From an uncultured Candidatus Saccharibacteria bacterium (GTDB lineage Bacteria > Patescibacteriota > Minisyncoccia > Phycocordibacterales > UBA5272), in the NCBI GenBank assembly GCA_964491805.1, contig CAZBGU010000002.1, forward strand, positions 9,877-69,262: a stretch of 59,386 nt of DNA. The letters run 5' to 3'. This document shows, piece after piece, positions 25,287 to 35,364 of the stretch (within the stretch, counting starts at the first letter, position 1; the number at the start of each line of letters is the position of its first letter). The notes beneath the pieces are model-generated. The model worked only from the letters and a program-made list of their open reading frames with translations, did no database searches and was not told the origin of the DNA. A program made the position numbers and the translations under genes.

Positions 25287-25411
25287 CGTTCTGGAGTGTT
25301 AGAATGTATTGATATGACAAGTGGGTTCCAACTTCACCATACAAGTGAAGTGGGGCGGTGTATGATCTGAAAATGTGACAATCTTTGCTATCTTTTTAGT
25401 CAGAGAGTAGA

Positions 25412-26902
25412 ATGGGTTATATGAAGTTATCAATGTATATCGTCGTTCTATTGTTAGTCTTATTATATTCTTTTCCGTCTGCTTTTGCTTCTGTCTTTAA
25501 CACTAATCTTACACTAGGCTCCCGTGGTTCTGAAGTAAAAAAGATGCATGATTTTCTTTCTTCACAGGGTCTGCTTGTGGGGTCGTCAACGACATATTTT
25601 GGTCAACAATCAAAAAAGTCTGTTCAGTTATTCCAAAAGAAAAATAACATTCCTGTTAGCGGCTCTTGGTTCTTTGCAACTCGACAAAAGGCGAATGCAA
25701 TAGTGCAAGCAAGCAATCAGGTGGAGGCGTCTACTGGTACTCCAATGTCCTTGGCAATTTCTAGTATAAAAGTTGCCAATCCAACAAATACCACAATCGC
25801 TGCGACCAAGAATGTTACTCTGACTGTCAAGACTGTTGGGTATGGGTATGTGCTCTCCCCAGACTATGGCTTTACTTGTTATGATAATGATTCGTGTACA
25901 AAAAATATTCTGCGCAATAACAGTATTACTCTAACAGCAACTCCTAAAGAAGGGTATGTTGTGCAAGGTTGGTCAGAAGCACAATGTGGAACTTCGCTTA
26001 CATGTACAGTAAAAATGATCGAAGATACTACTGTGTATGCACGGTTCGAAGTTAAAAAACTTTTCAAACCCACAGGAAATATTGCACGTAATCATCCGAA
26101 TGATGTTTGTTATATTCAGTTCGGAGAGGATGTGTGCCATCTTCGATTTACGTGGACAAATAATAGCGGTCTTGATATGACGATAAAAAGTGACGAAGAT
26201 GAGTACTACCTCTCGGTCAAAGATCATCTCAACAGTGGTTGGCAAACATCTGATTTTGATCCTGATGATGTTGCTAAGGCAGAGGCAGAAAACGTCTCTG
26301 GGCCTGTGTATTTTGACTTATTCCAAGGAACGCACAAGATGACCCTAAAGAGTCATGATCAAATTCTCGATACTGTTGTTGTGGATGTAAAATGTGATCC
26401 AGGAACTCTATGGGATGGGACGAAATGCTGGGAAAAAGACGCGAAGAGACTTTATATCTTTAAGGCACAAGGGGGAGTCGTTAAGTCGATACCTTCGAGG
26501 TTGAATTGTGGCTATAACCCAGAGGTGTGCACTGCGGGATTTTCGAATAACTCGAAAGTTGTCCTAACAGCTAGTGTATTACCAGGTTATACATTCAGTG
26601 GGTGGTATGGTGATTGTTCTGGTATAGATAAAACGTGTATATTACAGATGGACAAAGATAAAACAGTTGGTTTGTATGTTTCTGGATCGGCGCGTAGCAT
26701 GACAGAGTTACTGCCAGCAACATCATCTTTGACGAGCACTCCAGTTGCTGGATGTATCCCTAACTGGAAGTGCGATGGGTGGGGTAAGTGTCTTGGTCTA
26801 ACATTGAAGCGATCATGTTATGATCTTAACGCTTGTAATTCTTTAGTGAATAAGCCAACCACACAAGTTAGGTGTGAACCACAAACAAGCACTCTACGAT
26901 AA
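25412..26902 (+). CDS. secreted protein with a peptidoglycan-binding domain, two InlB-B-repeat-like modules and a Cys-rich C-terminus
   Basis: Signal peptide. LTLGSRGSEVKKMHDFLSSQG...NIPVSG is PG_binding_1-like. Two repeats match the pattern LTATPKEGYVVQGWSEAQCG...C.V / LTASVLPGYTFSGWYGDCSG...C. Confidence 0.65.
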   Translation: MGYMKLSMYIVVLLLVLLYSFPSAFASVFNTNLTLGSRGSEVKKMHDFLSSQGLLVGSSTTYFGQQSKKSVQLFQKKNNIPVSGSWFFATRQKANAIVQASNQVEASTGTPMSLAISSIKVANPTNTTIAATKNVTLTVKTVGYGYVLSPDYGFTCYDNDSCTKNILRNNSITLTATPKEGYVVQGWSEAQCGTSLTCTVKMIEDTTVYARFEVKKLFKPTGNIARNHPNDVCYIQFGEDVCHLRFTWTNNSGLDMTIKSDEDEYYLSVKDHLNSGWQTSDFDPDDVAKAEAENVSGPVYFDLFQGTHKMTLKSHDQILDTVVVDVKCDPGTLWDGTKCWEKDAKRLYIFKAQGGVVKSIPSRLNCGYNPEVCTAGFSNNSKVVLTASVLPGYTFSGWYGDCSGIDKTCILQMDKDKTVGLYVSGSARSMTELLPATSSLTSTPVAGCIPNWKCDGWGKCLGLTLKRSCYDLNACNSLVNKPTTQVRCEPQTSTLR

Positions 26903-26959
26903 TTTCTTATATTGTCAGAGTGTTGTTTGTGGTGTGATATTTTTGTAAGATTTTATTGT

Positions 26960-28144
26960 ATGAATAGACATATTTACCTCGACAATGCATCAACCACGCC
27001 AGTGGATGTTTTGGTCGTAGATGCGATGACTCCATATTTTAATATCGACTATGGGAACCCGTCATCTCTCCATTCGCTTGGAAGATCAGCAAAACAAGCG
27101 ATTGAAAATTCAAGAAGCAGTGTTGCTAGTATTCTTGGTGTACTACCATCAGAAATTATTTTTACGAGTGGCGGAACAGAGTCTGATAACCTGGCAATAC
27201 GTGGTCTTGCTCATGCATACAAGCATAAAGGTAAACATATTATAGTCTCGTCTATTGAACACAAGGCGGTACTTGATTCATGTAAACAGCTTGAGAGGGA
27301 GGGTTTTTTGGTTTCGTACGTACCAGTTGACGAGAAAGGTTTTGTCATGCTTGAAGAGCTAAATGCATGCCTTAGACCAGATACAATAGTTGTGTCTATT
27401 ATGTACGCCAACAATGAGGTCGGAACAATACAGTCAATTACAAAAATTGCAAATCTGCTCAAGAAAAGAATGGACTGTAGTCCTATATTTCACACCGACG
27501 CATGTCAGGCAGCTAGTGCGTTATCATTATGTATAAGCGATCTTGGGGTTGGTGCTCTATCAATTAGCAGCTCGAAGATATATGGTCCAAAAGGCGTAGG
27601 TGCTTTATATCTGAATAATGCGTATACAATCGAGCCAATACTATTAGGTGGAGGTCAGGAACATGGAAAGCGAAGTGGTACCGAAAATGTAGCAGGTATT
27701 GTCGGATTTACAAAAGCGTTGGAGTTAACCGAGAAACGAAAACAAAAAGAATTTGATCGCTTGATAGTATTACGTTCGTATTTTTTGGAGCGTATCAAAG
27801 ATTCAATTAAAGATGTTGTTATTAATGGTGACACACACAACAGGCTTCCTAATAATATCAACATATCTATCCCTGGAGTGGAGGGCGAGTCGCTTGTATT
27901 GCTGTTAGATAGTTATGGGGTATATTGTTCAACGGGTTCTGCATGCTCTTCTCTCGATCTCTCTCCATCCCATGTTCTACTTGCGATGAACGTACCACTT
28001 CACCTTGCTCACTGTAGTGTCCGTTTTACGCTAGGCAATCATACAAAAAAGAGTGATATTACGTATGCTGTCAAGGCGCTTGTTCAATCGGTGACAAGAT
28101 TGAGACAGGTTACAATTGGTGCTAGCAGCATACGAAACAAATAA
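26960..28144 (+). CDS. cysteine desulfurase (NifS/IscS class V aminotransferase)
   Basis: IYLDNASTTP, SSIEHKAV, HTDACQA, SISSSKIYGPKG (PLP lysine) and STGSACSS (active-site Cys loop). Confidence 0.9.
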   Translation: MNRHIYLDNASTTPVDVLVVDAMTPYFNIDYGNPSSLHSLGRSAKQAIENSRSSVASILGVLPSEIIFTSGGTESDNLAIRGLAHAYKHKGKHIIVSSIEHKAVLDSCKQLEREGFLVSYVPVDEKGFVMLEELNACLRPDTIVVSIMYANNEVGTIQSITKIANLLKKRMDCSPIFHTDACQAASALSLCISDLGVGALSISSSKIYGPKGVGALYLNNAYTIEPILLGGGQEHGKRSGTENVAGIVGFTKALELTEKRKQKEFDRLIVLRSYFLERIKDSIKDVVINGDTHNRLPNNINISIPGVEGESLVLLLDSYGVYCSTGSACSSLDLSPSHVLLAMNVPLHLAHCSVRFTLGNHTKKSDITYAVKALVQSVTRLRQVTIGASSIRNK

Positions 28145-28164
28145 AGGCGCATGTGCGCCTTTAT
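28141..28164. terminator. bidirectional terminator hairpin
   Basis: ATAAAGGCGCA-TG-TGCGCCTTTAT between convergent genes. Confidence 0.55.
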
Positions 28165-28183
28165 TTGTTAAAAATATAGTATC

Positions 28184-28765
28184 TTAGTTATATCTTCCCC
28201 TGATTTCAAAAAGAAGATAAGCCCCAATGGCTGCGCCGATGAGCCCCCCTAATCCTCCAGGCAGGAAGATGAGACTGATGCAAGATGAGATGCAAGAGAT
28301 TATAAAGGCGTAGAATGAGTAGTCCCATCCACATTTTTGTTTTGCTTGCAATGGCTTGAAAGCAACTACTGAGAGTATCGACGTAATCAGTCCTAGAACG
28401 AGTGTTATATATACAGCCACGCCACGTATCCCGTTATTGAGAACGACAAATGGTGCAAAGAGTATGCCGAGGCTACCCGCTCCAAGAAACCCTATTATGC
28501 CGAGAATTCCGAATATAATCGAAATCCAAGGCACTACGTTAACGAGAACATTTTTCCAATTACTAGGCAAATGGGGAGCTTTTTCAAATAGTGGCTCAAG
28601 AGTCAGCTCGAGCGCACGAGCATTATCAGTGAACCAAGAAAGTTTTTTGCGATGAGTATGCTTTGTTTCTTCTTGTGTTGTGTGTTCGTGTGAATGTTCC
28701 ATGGATTCTTTAATTATAACTTGGTAGTATTCATTAGTGTAAAACATTTTCTGAAAAGAATACAT
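28184..28765 (-). CDS. membrane protein, function unknown
   Basis: 193 aa with a His/Glu-rich N-terminus followed by about 4 TM helices. Confidence 0.55.
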   Translation of the reverse strand: MYSFQKMFYTNEYYQVIIKESMEHSHEHTTQEETKHTHRKKLSWFTDNARALELTLEPLFEKAPHLPSNWKNVLVNVVPWISIIFGILGIIGFLGAGSLGILFAPFVVLNNGIRGVAVYITLVLGLITSILSVVAFKPLQAKQKCGWDYSFYAFIISCISSCISLIFLPGGLGGLIGAAIGAYLLFEIRGRYN

Positions 28766-28834
28766 GGATAAGATTGTTCACTCAGAATATGCATGCCGTT
28801 ATGCGGTGTTATACTTTTTGTAATTACAAAGAAC

Positions 28835-29893
28835 ATGAACAACTATCGTTATTATGTGGCTGTGTTAGCCTTCGCTCTCTTTTTTTCTATGGTATTTTTT
28901 ATGTATCATTCATACAGTCAAGAATATGTTTCTATGCCAAAGAATGCATATCTGCATAATATGGAAGTGAACGAAACTTCTCATGAGGCTACTACTACTG
29001 TTGACTTGAGTGGAGAAAGTATGGTTCATGGTGTGCATGCAACATCAACAATTATTTTTGTCGGTGATGTTATGTTGTCACGGGCAATTGGTTCAATAAT
29101 GGTCAAGAAGCATGACTGGACATTTCCATTCCTTGAGATTGGAGACTACTTACGAAGTGCTAATCTTGTGGTTGGCAATCTCGAGGGGCCGATTTCAGAC
29201 AGGGGTACACGGGTTGGGAGTATGTATTCATTTAGAGCTGATCCTCATGTAATTGACGGTTTGTTATTTGCGGGCTTTGATGTCATGTCAGTCGCCAATA
29301 ATCATATGTGGGATTATAGTAAAGATGCTTATAATGATACCCTTGCAATTTTGGAGAAAAACGCTATTGGTCATCCTGGTGGTGGTGCAACTTACACAGA
29401 AGCACATACACCTGTTATACGTAATGTTGGTGGTACAAAAGTTGCGTTCTTGTCATATACAAATTTGTTGCCAAAGTTTCTTGGAGACGTTGATGCTAGC
29501 CCTGCTGCGGCTTTCCCTGACATTGAGCAAATGACCAAAGATATTCATTATGCTAAGAATGTTGCCGATATTGTTATTGTTTCATTTCATTTTGGTGAAG
29601 AATATATGACAACGCATAATGCTTCTCAAGAGAGCCTTGCGCACTCTGCGGTTGATGCCGGTGCCTCTCTAGTAATAGGGCACCACCCACATGTGCCAGA
29701 AGATATTGAACAGTATAAAGGTGTTTATATTGTTTACAGTCTTGGTAATTTTGTTTTTGATCAGAATTTTTCTGACGATACGAGAAGAGGTCTAGTAATT
29801 GAGGCAGTCATCAAGGATAAGAAAATCATCAATCTTATAGCACGTGATATTGCTTTTACGAAGATGTACCAACCATATTTGAAAGAAAAGTAG
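28835..29893 (+). CDS. CapA-family (PGA_cap) metallophosphatase-like protein
   Basis: TM anchor, then FVGDVMLSR, NLEGP, VANNH and GHHPH motifs. Confidence 0.8.
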   Translation: MNNYRYYVAVLAFALFFSMVFFMYHSYSQEYVSMPKNAYLHNMEVNETSHEATTTVDLSGESMVHGVHATSTIIFVGDVMLSRAIGSIMVKKHDWTFPFLEIGDYLRSANLVVGNLEGPISDRGTRVGSMYSFRADPHVIDGLLFAGFDVMSVANNHMWDYSKDAYNDTLAILEKNAIGHPGGGATYTEAHTPVIRNVGGTKVAFLSYTNLLPKFLGDVDASPAAAFPDIEQMTKDIHYAKNVADIVIVSFHFGEEYMTTHNASQESLAHSAVDAGASLVIGHHPHVPEDIEQYKGVYIVYSLGNFVFDQNFSDDTRRGLVIEAVIKDKKIINLIARDIAFTKMYQPYLKEK

Positions 29894-29971
29894 CCTGATA
29901 TGTGTATAGAGCATGAACAGTCGTAGAGGCTTGATCTTGCGTTACATATTAGTAAGTGCTAATATGTAAGT

Positions 29972-30238
29972 ATGAAGCAAACAAACATTCGAAATGTGTA
30001 CAAAGTCTTCTCAAATGAAGAGCGGGTAAGGCTTATCATTTGTTTATCAAAATCAAAAAATGTAACTGAGTTGTTGTCGTTGTGTCATTTGTCTCAATCA
30101 GCACTGTCACAACACTTGAAGATCCTACGAGATGAAGGAGTGGTTAGCTGTATACGTGATGGAAAGAATAAGGTTTATAGTGTAGAAAGCAAGAAAGTGC
30201 TTCATCTTGCAAAACAATTAGTAGCATTAACATTATAA
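29972..30238 (+). CDS. ArsR/SmtB family transcriptional regulator
   Basis: 88 aa. The HTH LCHLSQSALSQHLKILRDEGVV is typical of ArsR. Confidence 0.85.
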   Translation: MKQTNIRNVYKVFSNEERVRLIICLSKSKNVTELLSLCHLSQSALSQHLKILRDEGVVSCIRDGKNKVYSVESKKVLHLAKQLVALTL

Positions 30239-30242
30239 ATAT

Positions 30243-30557
30243 ATGAGTATTTTTTCAGGCATATTTACACAACAGTCAAGTATTGACTATAAACAGTTGA
30301 TAAAAGATGGTGCACGTATTGTTGATGTGCGAAGTAAAGAAGAATTTGCAAGTGGCCATGTAAAGGGCGCAATCAATGTGCCACTTGAAACACTCGAGAC
30401 ACAAAGTGGTGTATTAGGGAAGAAGGACGGCATTATTATTGCTTATTGTGCTTCAGGTGGAAGAAGTGGCGTGGCGGTTAGTATTCTCCAGGGCCTTGGG
30501 TTTGAACATGTCTATAACGGAGGTGGATTATACTCGTTGCAGAAAAAACTGCATTAG
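30243..30557 (+). CDS. rhodanese-domain sulfurtransferase
   Basis: 104 aa. Active-site loop YCASGGRS. Confidence 0.85.
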   Translation: MSIFSGIFTQQSSIDYKQLIKDGARIVDVRSKEEFASGHVKGAINVPLETLETQSGVLGKKDGIIIAYCASGGRSGVAVSILQGLGFEHVYNGGGLYSLQKKLH

Positions 30558-30591
30558 AGTATTTATTATAAATATTTATTTTAAACTTAGT

Positions 30592-30855
30592 ATGGCTACA
30601 AAAAATATTATTGTTTACTCAACACAGTCGTGTCATTACTGTGTTCTTACAAAAGAATACTTAGACAAGATGGGGGTATCATACGTGGATAGAAATGTTG
30701 GTATTGATCGTCAGGCAGGTCAAGAAATGGTTATGAAAAGTGGCCAAATGGGTGTTCCTGTGATTGACATTGATGGAACAATTGTTGTAGGGTTTCAACC
30801 TGATCTTTTTAGAAAGCTTTTAAACCATAGAGAAGATTATGAAAAAGAAAAATAA
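30592..30855 (+). CDS. glutaredoxin/NrdH-like redoxin
   Basis: IIVYSTQSCHYCVLTKEYL (CxxC) and a GVPVIDIDG motif. I chose the ATG at 30592 inside the longer track ORF. Confidence 0.8.
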   Translation: MATKNIIVYSTQSCHYCVLTKEYLDKMGVSYVDRNVGIDRQAGQEMVMKSGQMGVPVIDIDGTIVVGFQPDLFRKLLNHREDYEKEK

Positions 30856-31252
30856 CTTTTTAATTGTTTTTACAGTATTTGTTATTTTGCTAGGTATTGT
30901 AGTTTATGCAATCATGAAGCACGGTTCTGTTTCTACAAAACTACGCGGAAGTCAGTTTATGCACATGTATGCAGCTACCCCTTCTGCTATTTTGATCGAT
31001 GTACGTACACCGACAGAGTTTGCTCTTGGTCATATTAAAGGTGCAATAAATGTTGATTTTGAAAGTCAGTCATTTAATGATGAGGTTAAGAAGCTGGATC
31101 AGACAAAGATATATTTTGTATATTGTCGATCAGGCAATCGTTCTGGCCAAGCTGTTGCATTTATGAAATCAGTTGGCATATTGTCTGTATATGACTTACA
31201 GGGGGGAATTATTGGAAATGCAGATACGGTTCAGCTAATTGAAACGAAGTAA
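30839..31252 (+). CDS. membrane-anchored rhodanese-domain protein
   Basis: N-terminal TM helix and active-site loop YCRSGNRS. Confidence 0.8.
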   Translation: MKKKNNFLIVFTVFVILLGIVVYAIMKHGSVSTKLRGSQFMHMYAATPSAILIDVRTPTEFALGHIKGAINVDFESQSFNDEVKKLDQTKIYFVYCRSGNRSGQAVAFMKSVGILSVYDLQGGIIGNADTVQLIETK

Positions 31253-31256
31253 TAGT

Positions 31257-32159
31257 ATGAAATTTTCAAATAATGTTGGAACGTTAGACAGAGGTATTAG
31301 AATTCTTGTTGCTGAAATTTTACTCTTGCTGTCAATTTTTTGGGTCTACGGCATTGTACAGGTTGTACTTTTTATATTTTCGGTGATTATTTTAGCAACT
31401 GCTGTTACAAAGTTTTGTGGTTTGTACAGCATGTTTGGCATCAGTACATGTCCTGCCTATGAAAAACCAGTGACACCATCAAAGTCCTTTGCCACTATTG
31501 CCACTGTTGTGGCTATTGCGGTACTGGGATGTTATTCTAGTATGTTTTTGAGTAAAAAGATTTTTCTAGAGGATTATAATAGAATGAATTACTATTACAA
31601 GCAAACACTTTTCTATACAGGGCAAAGTAATCGTTCTGAGTCAATAAGCAAGTATGTCAATCTTGTAAAAGAATACGACGTTTTTTACCAAAAATACTCC
31701 AAGTACCGTCCTTATGTTATATGGGGGGATGAAAATTTTAATACTGATGTGGCAAACGTTAGATATAAAATAGCTTCATTGGAGAGTACTGTCGTCAGTG
31801 GAGATTTGACTGCGGCACATAAAGATCTCGAAGGTGTTCGAACAATTTTTCAGGACATATTAAAGAGGAATGGATTCTCGATGTTGTCTGTGTATCTGGT
31901 TGACTTTCATGATGTTATGGAAAAATTTATTGATGCTGCGAATGCCAAGAATGCTTCTGGTGTTCTCTCTACATACCAGGAAGTGAATGATAAGTTGCGG
32001 GCGGTCGAGGGTGTTGCTAATGACGACGAAATACAGACAATTCGTAAGATGTTAGAACAAGTTACTACATCGGCAAGAATTGGTAACGTAGAAGTTCTTC
32101 CGTCACAAGCAGCAGATCTTAAGAGTAGTTTTGTGAAGGTCTACTTAAAGCGTGGTTAA
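31257..32159 (+). CDS. DUF2892 (YgaP-like) membrane domain fused to a roughly 200-aa helical domain
   Basis: FSNNVGTLDRGIRILVAEILLL...CGLYSMFGISTC is DUF2892-like. I do not recognise the C-terminal domain. Confidence 0.55.
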   Translation: MKFSNNVGTLDRGIRILVAEILLLLSIFWVYGIVQVVLFIFSVIILATAVTKFCGLYSMFGISTCPAYEKPVTPSKSFATIATVVAIAVLGCYSSMFLSKKIFLEDYNRMNYYYKQTLFYTGQSNRSESISKYVNLVKEYDVFYQKYSKYRPYVIWGDENFNTDVANVRYKIASLESTVVSGDLTAAHKDLEGVRTIFQDILKRNGFSMLSVYLVDFHDVMEKFIDAANAKNASGVLSTYQEVNDKLRAVEGVANDDEIQTIRKMLEQVTTSARIGNVEVLPSQAADLKSSFVKVYLKRG

Positions 32160-32211
32160 TAAGTAGTTGACGCATAAGTGTTCTATTACTGATATACTTT
32201 GGTATATTTTT

Positions 32212-32880
32212 ATGAGTATTTCTTATACAGTCATCCGTTCAAGAAGAAGGACGATTACTCTTGTTGTCGGTCGAGATGCAACAATTACAGTTCGTGCTCC
32301 GTACGGTGTTGCGAACTCGTATATAGAGACACTACTTAGCAAGAAACAAATATGGATAACTAGAAAACAGGGAGAAATGAAGGAGAGGCCTGTTTTAGCA
32401 GAGAAGAAGTTTCGGACAGGAGAACTGTTTCTGTTATTGGGTGTCGAATACCGACTGAATGTATGTGATTGCACTAAAATCTCACTTGACTATACATCTG
32501 GTGAAATTTTGTTTCCACAGAAATACCTCACATCACCAAAAGTAAAGATGGCTGCATGGTATAGACAGCAGGCATCGGATATTCTTTCTAGCCGACTTAG
32601 ATCTCTTTCGGAAAAGACTGGGTTGCGATATGTGTCAATGAAGATAACAAGCGCACAGTCAAGATGGGGTTCATGTAGTGGAGAAAACACAATAAACTTT
32701 TCCTGGAGACTTATTATGGCTCGCCCTAGTGCAATTGAGTATGTTATTTTGCATGAGCTTACACATACAGTCCACCATAATCATTCATCAGCATTTTGGA
32801 GCAGACTCATAGAGGTTTTTCCTCATTATCAAGTAGAGGAGTTGTGGCTTAAGAAGCACAGTGAGAGATTGCGACTGTGA
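32212..32880 (+). CDS. YgjP-like (DUF45/M48-related) metal-dependent hydrolase
   Basis: SRWGSCS... and the zinc motif HELTHTVHHNHS. Confidence 0.75.
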   Translation: MSISYTVIRSRRRTITLVVGRDATITVRAPYGVANSYIETLLSKKQIWITRKQGEMKERPVLAEKKFRTGELFLLLGVEYRLNVCDCTKISLDYTSGEILFPQKYLTSPKVKMAAWYRQQASDILSSRLRSLSEKTGLRYVSMKITSAQSRWGSCSGENTINFSWRLIMARPSAIEYVILHELTHTVHHNHSSAFWSRLIEVFPHYQVEELWLKKHSERLRL

Positions 32881-32884
32881 TGTT

Positions 32885-33601
32885 TTATATATTATTTTTC
32901 TTTTCACATAGTTGCCAAAAGACGATCATCGGGTGAAGAAGAGGGATATAACCAAGTGTTGCAATAAGTATTTCAATATAAAGCCTGTTATATGAATTAT
33001 GTGGAAGCCACTCCCAAAATGGAAATAAAACGTTAGTTGCTTCGTATAGTATTCCAATTACGGCACATTGTGCCACAAGAAGAAAAGAAGAGTTAAAGTT
33101 TTTTGTTATGAGTAGGTTGCTGAGTGGTCCAGTCTTGTTGTTAAACACAAGAAGTAATTCACCAAGAACAAGAATGAATGTACCGCACACAAACATAAGA
33201 GTGATTGTTCCGGTGTGTGCAATTTTGGTAAGCATGAATGAGATTAAAAGAATGATTGCGTATACGGTAACGAGTATGGTTCTTTGTGTATGGGTGACCT
33301 TGTGTGTTGTGCCTTGTAACACTTTTGCAGTTGCGAACGCTAGACCAAACGAGAGCAGTCCGTTTACGATAAGCTGTATAACAGTTAGTCCAGTTTGTAG
33401 AAAAGATGTAGTCTGAAGTGGCGTAGCGTATGTATACAGTTGAAGTTTGCTTAGAATAATATCAAACGATGCTCCTAATACTATACCGGCAATTGCAGAT
33501 AAAAATAGCTCATCAAGAGTAATCTTCTTTTTTGTTATTTGTGAAAGTATAAGTAACACAAAAATTTGTACAAGAATAATGATATAAAAGTTAAATGGCA
33601 T
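32885..33601 (-). CDS. polytopic membrane protein, function unknown
   Basis: 238 aa with about 7 TM helices. Confidence 0.55.
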   Translation of the reverse strand: MPFNFYIIILVQIFVLLILSQITKKKITLDELFLSAIAGIVLGASFDIILSKLQLYTYATPLQTTSFLQTGLTVIQLIVNGLLSFGLAFATAKVLQGTTHKVTHTQRTILVTVYAIILLISFMLTKIAHTGTITLMFVCGTFILVLGELLLVFNNKTGPLSNLLITKNFNSSFLLVAQCAVIGILYEATNVLFPFWEWLPHNSYNRLYIEILIATLGYIPLLHPMIVFWQLCEKKNNI

Positions 33602-33743
33602 ATATGGTAGTATTCACAAATTAATCTTTCTGATCTTGATAATAGAGACAGTTGCTTCAAGTGTACCATTGTCGACAAAAAATAAGCTTTTTTGTTTTCC
33701 CTATGTTCTTCTTACTTTATTTGGGTATACTAAGATATCTTTT

Positions 33744-34994
33744 ATGAATGGTATGTATGATCTTATCGTGATAGGTGGTGGTGCCTCAGGGATGATGGCA
33801 GCTGGAAGGGCTGCTGAGCGTGGACTTCGTGTGCTTCTTCTCGAAAAAAATAAAAAAACAGGTGAAAAACTTCGTATATCTGGTGGTGGTAGATGTAATA
33901 TTACAAATAGAGAAATAGATGAACGTGTACTTCTCAAGAAGTACGGTAGAGCTGAGCAGTTTTTATATTCTCTTTTCATTCAGTTTGGGGTTCATGATAC
34001 TTTTGTTTTTTTTGAATCACACGGACTTCCTCTCGTTGTTGAAGCAAATAATCGTACTTTTCCAAAATCTCAAAAAGCAGAGGATGTCGTGGCTACTCTT
34101 TTTGCATATATGGAGCAAGGGTCTGTAGAAGTGGTGTGCGGTGCAAAAGTAACAAAAGTTATTGCGAAAAATGCCAGGATCTCTTCTGTTTTTGTAGGTG
34201 CAAAGGAGTACAAGGCACATGAGTACGTTATTGCAACTGGAGGTGTGTCACATCCAGAGACTGGTTCTACTGGTGACGGGTTTGCGTGGTTGCGCAATCT
34301 TGGACACACAGTTGAAGAACCGACCCCAACGATTGTACCTCTTGCTATTAAGGAAGAATGGATTCATTTATTAGCAGGTGTGTCACAGAAGGATTCTAAG
34401 ATTACTTTTTTTGTTGACACAAAGAAACAATTTATTCTTAGAGGGACTATTTTGTTCACTCATTTTGGTATATCGGGTCCACTTATTCTCAACAATGCAT
34501 ACAAAGTTTCTGAACTTATGCATACTGGACAAGTGACAGCGTGTATAGATATGTATCCATCGCTTGATATCGGTGCACTTGAAAAAAGTATCATTGCTCT
34601 TTTCGATGGTAATAAAAATAAAGAATTGAAGAATGTTATTAAAGAAATTGTTCCAGACGGCATGCACAAAGGAGTGTTGATGTTACTTTCTACTGTGGTT
34701 GATGTTTCAGTTAAGGTTCACTCCGTAACAAAGGAAGACAGGAAAAGAATTGTTCGCCTTTTTAAGGCTATGCCTCTTACCGTTGAAGGGCTCATGGGTC
34801 TTGATCGTGCAGTCGTGGCAGATGGTGGGGTACCACTTGAAGAGATTGACATGCGAACCATGCGTTCGAAGAAAGTGCATAATCTCTTTATTACCGGGGA
34901 CCTTCTCCACATTAATCGTCCATCTGGAGGATTTTCTCTTCAATTGTGCTGGTCAACGGGGTATGTTGCAGGAAGTAAGGCAGGAGCGCAGTGA
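33744..34994 (+). CDS. HI0933/YhiN(BaiN)-family NAD(FAD)-utilising flavoprotein
   Basis: YDLIVIGGGASGMMAAGRAAERG, ISGGGRCNITN and GDLLHINRPSGGF motifs. I chose the ATG at 33744. Confidence 0.85.
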   Translation: MNGMYDLIVIGGGASGMMAAGRAAERGLRVLLLEKNKKTGEKLRISGGGRCNITNREIDERVLLKKYGRAEQFLYSLFIQFGVHDTFVFFESHGLPLVVEANNRTFPKSQKAEDVVATLFAYMEQGSVEVVCGAKVTKVIAKNARISSVFVGAKEYKAHEYVIATGGVSHPETGSTGDGFAWLRNLGHTVEEPTPTIVPLAIKEEWIHLLAGVSQKDSKITFFVDTKKQFILRGTILFTHFGISGPLILNNAYKVSELMHTGQVTACIDMYPSLDIGALEKSIIALFDGNKNKELKNVIKEIVPDGMHKGVLMLLSTVVDVSVKVHSVTKEDRKRIVRLFKAMPLTVEGLMGLDRAVVADGGVPLEEIDMRTMRSKKVHNLFITGDLLHINRPSGGFSLQLCWSTGYVAGSKAGAQ

Positions 34995-35062
34995 TAGGAG
35001 GTGTAGATTGTATGACTTGATAAGTGAAAAGACTTATATAATTTTTTTTGTTTATTTACTTA

Positions 35063-35341
35063 CTACTTTTTCTTCCATCTTGGAGCAAAACCAATCATCC
35101 ACGTGAAGAATTTTGCCTTCATTGGGTGCATACCTTTTGATCTCATACTTTCATAGCAGATTTTTTTGAATTCATGTACATCGTTCCCCTCGTAACAGAG
35201 TTTTCCGTTCTTAAAACACAGGCTGCAGTATTTCTCATTTTCACGGATGTTTATGTCTTTATTAAAAGGCATCATACAGCTCTCACATTGTGTGCATGGT
35301 TTTTCATTTTTCATATATGTAGTGTAACAGTGCTTCTTCAT
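35063..35341 (-). CDS. putative zinc-ribbon domain protein
   Basis: The pattern CTQCESCMMPF...EKYCSLCFKNGKL matches. I chose the internal ATG at 35341 because the longer track ORF overlaps ung. Confidence 0.5.
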   Translation of the reverse strand: MKKHCYTTYMKNEKPCTQCESCMMPFNKDINIRENEKYCSLCFKNGKLCYEGNDVHEFKKICYESMRSKGMHPMKAKFFTWMIGFAPRWKKK

Positions 35342-35364
35342 GATTGCTAGAGTATACTGGCGGT

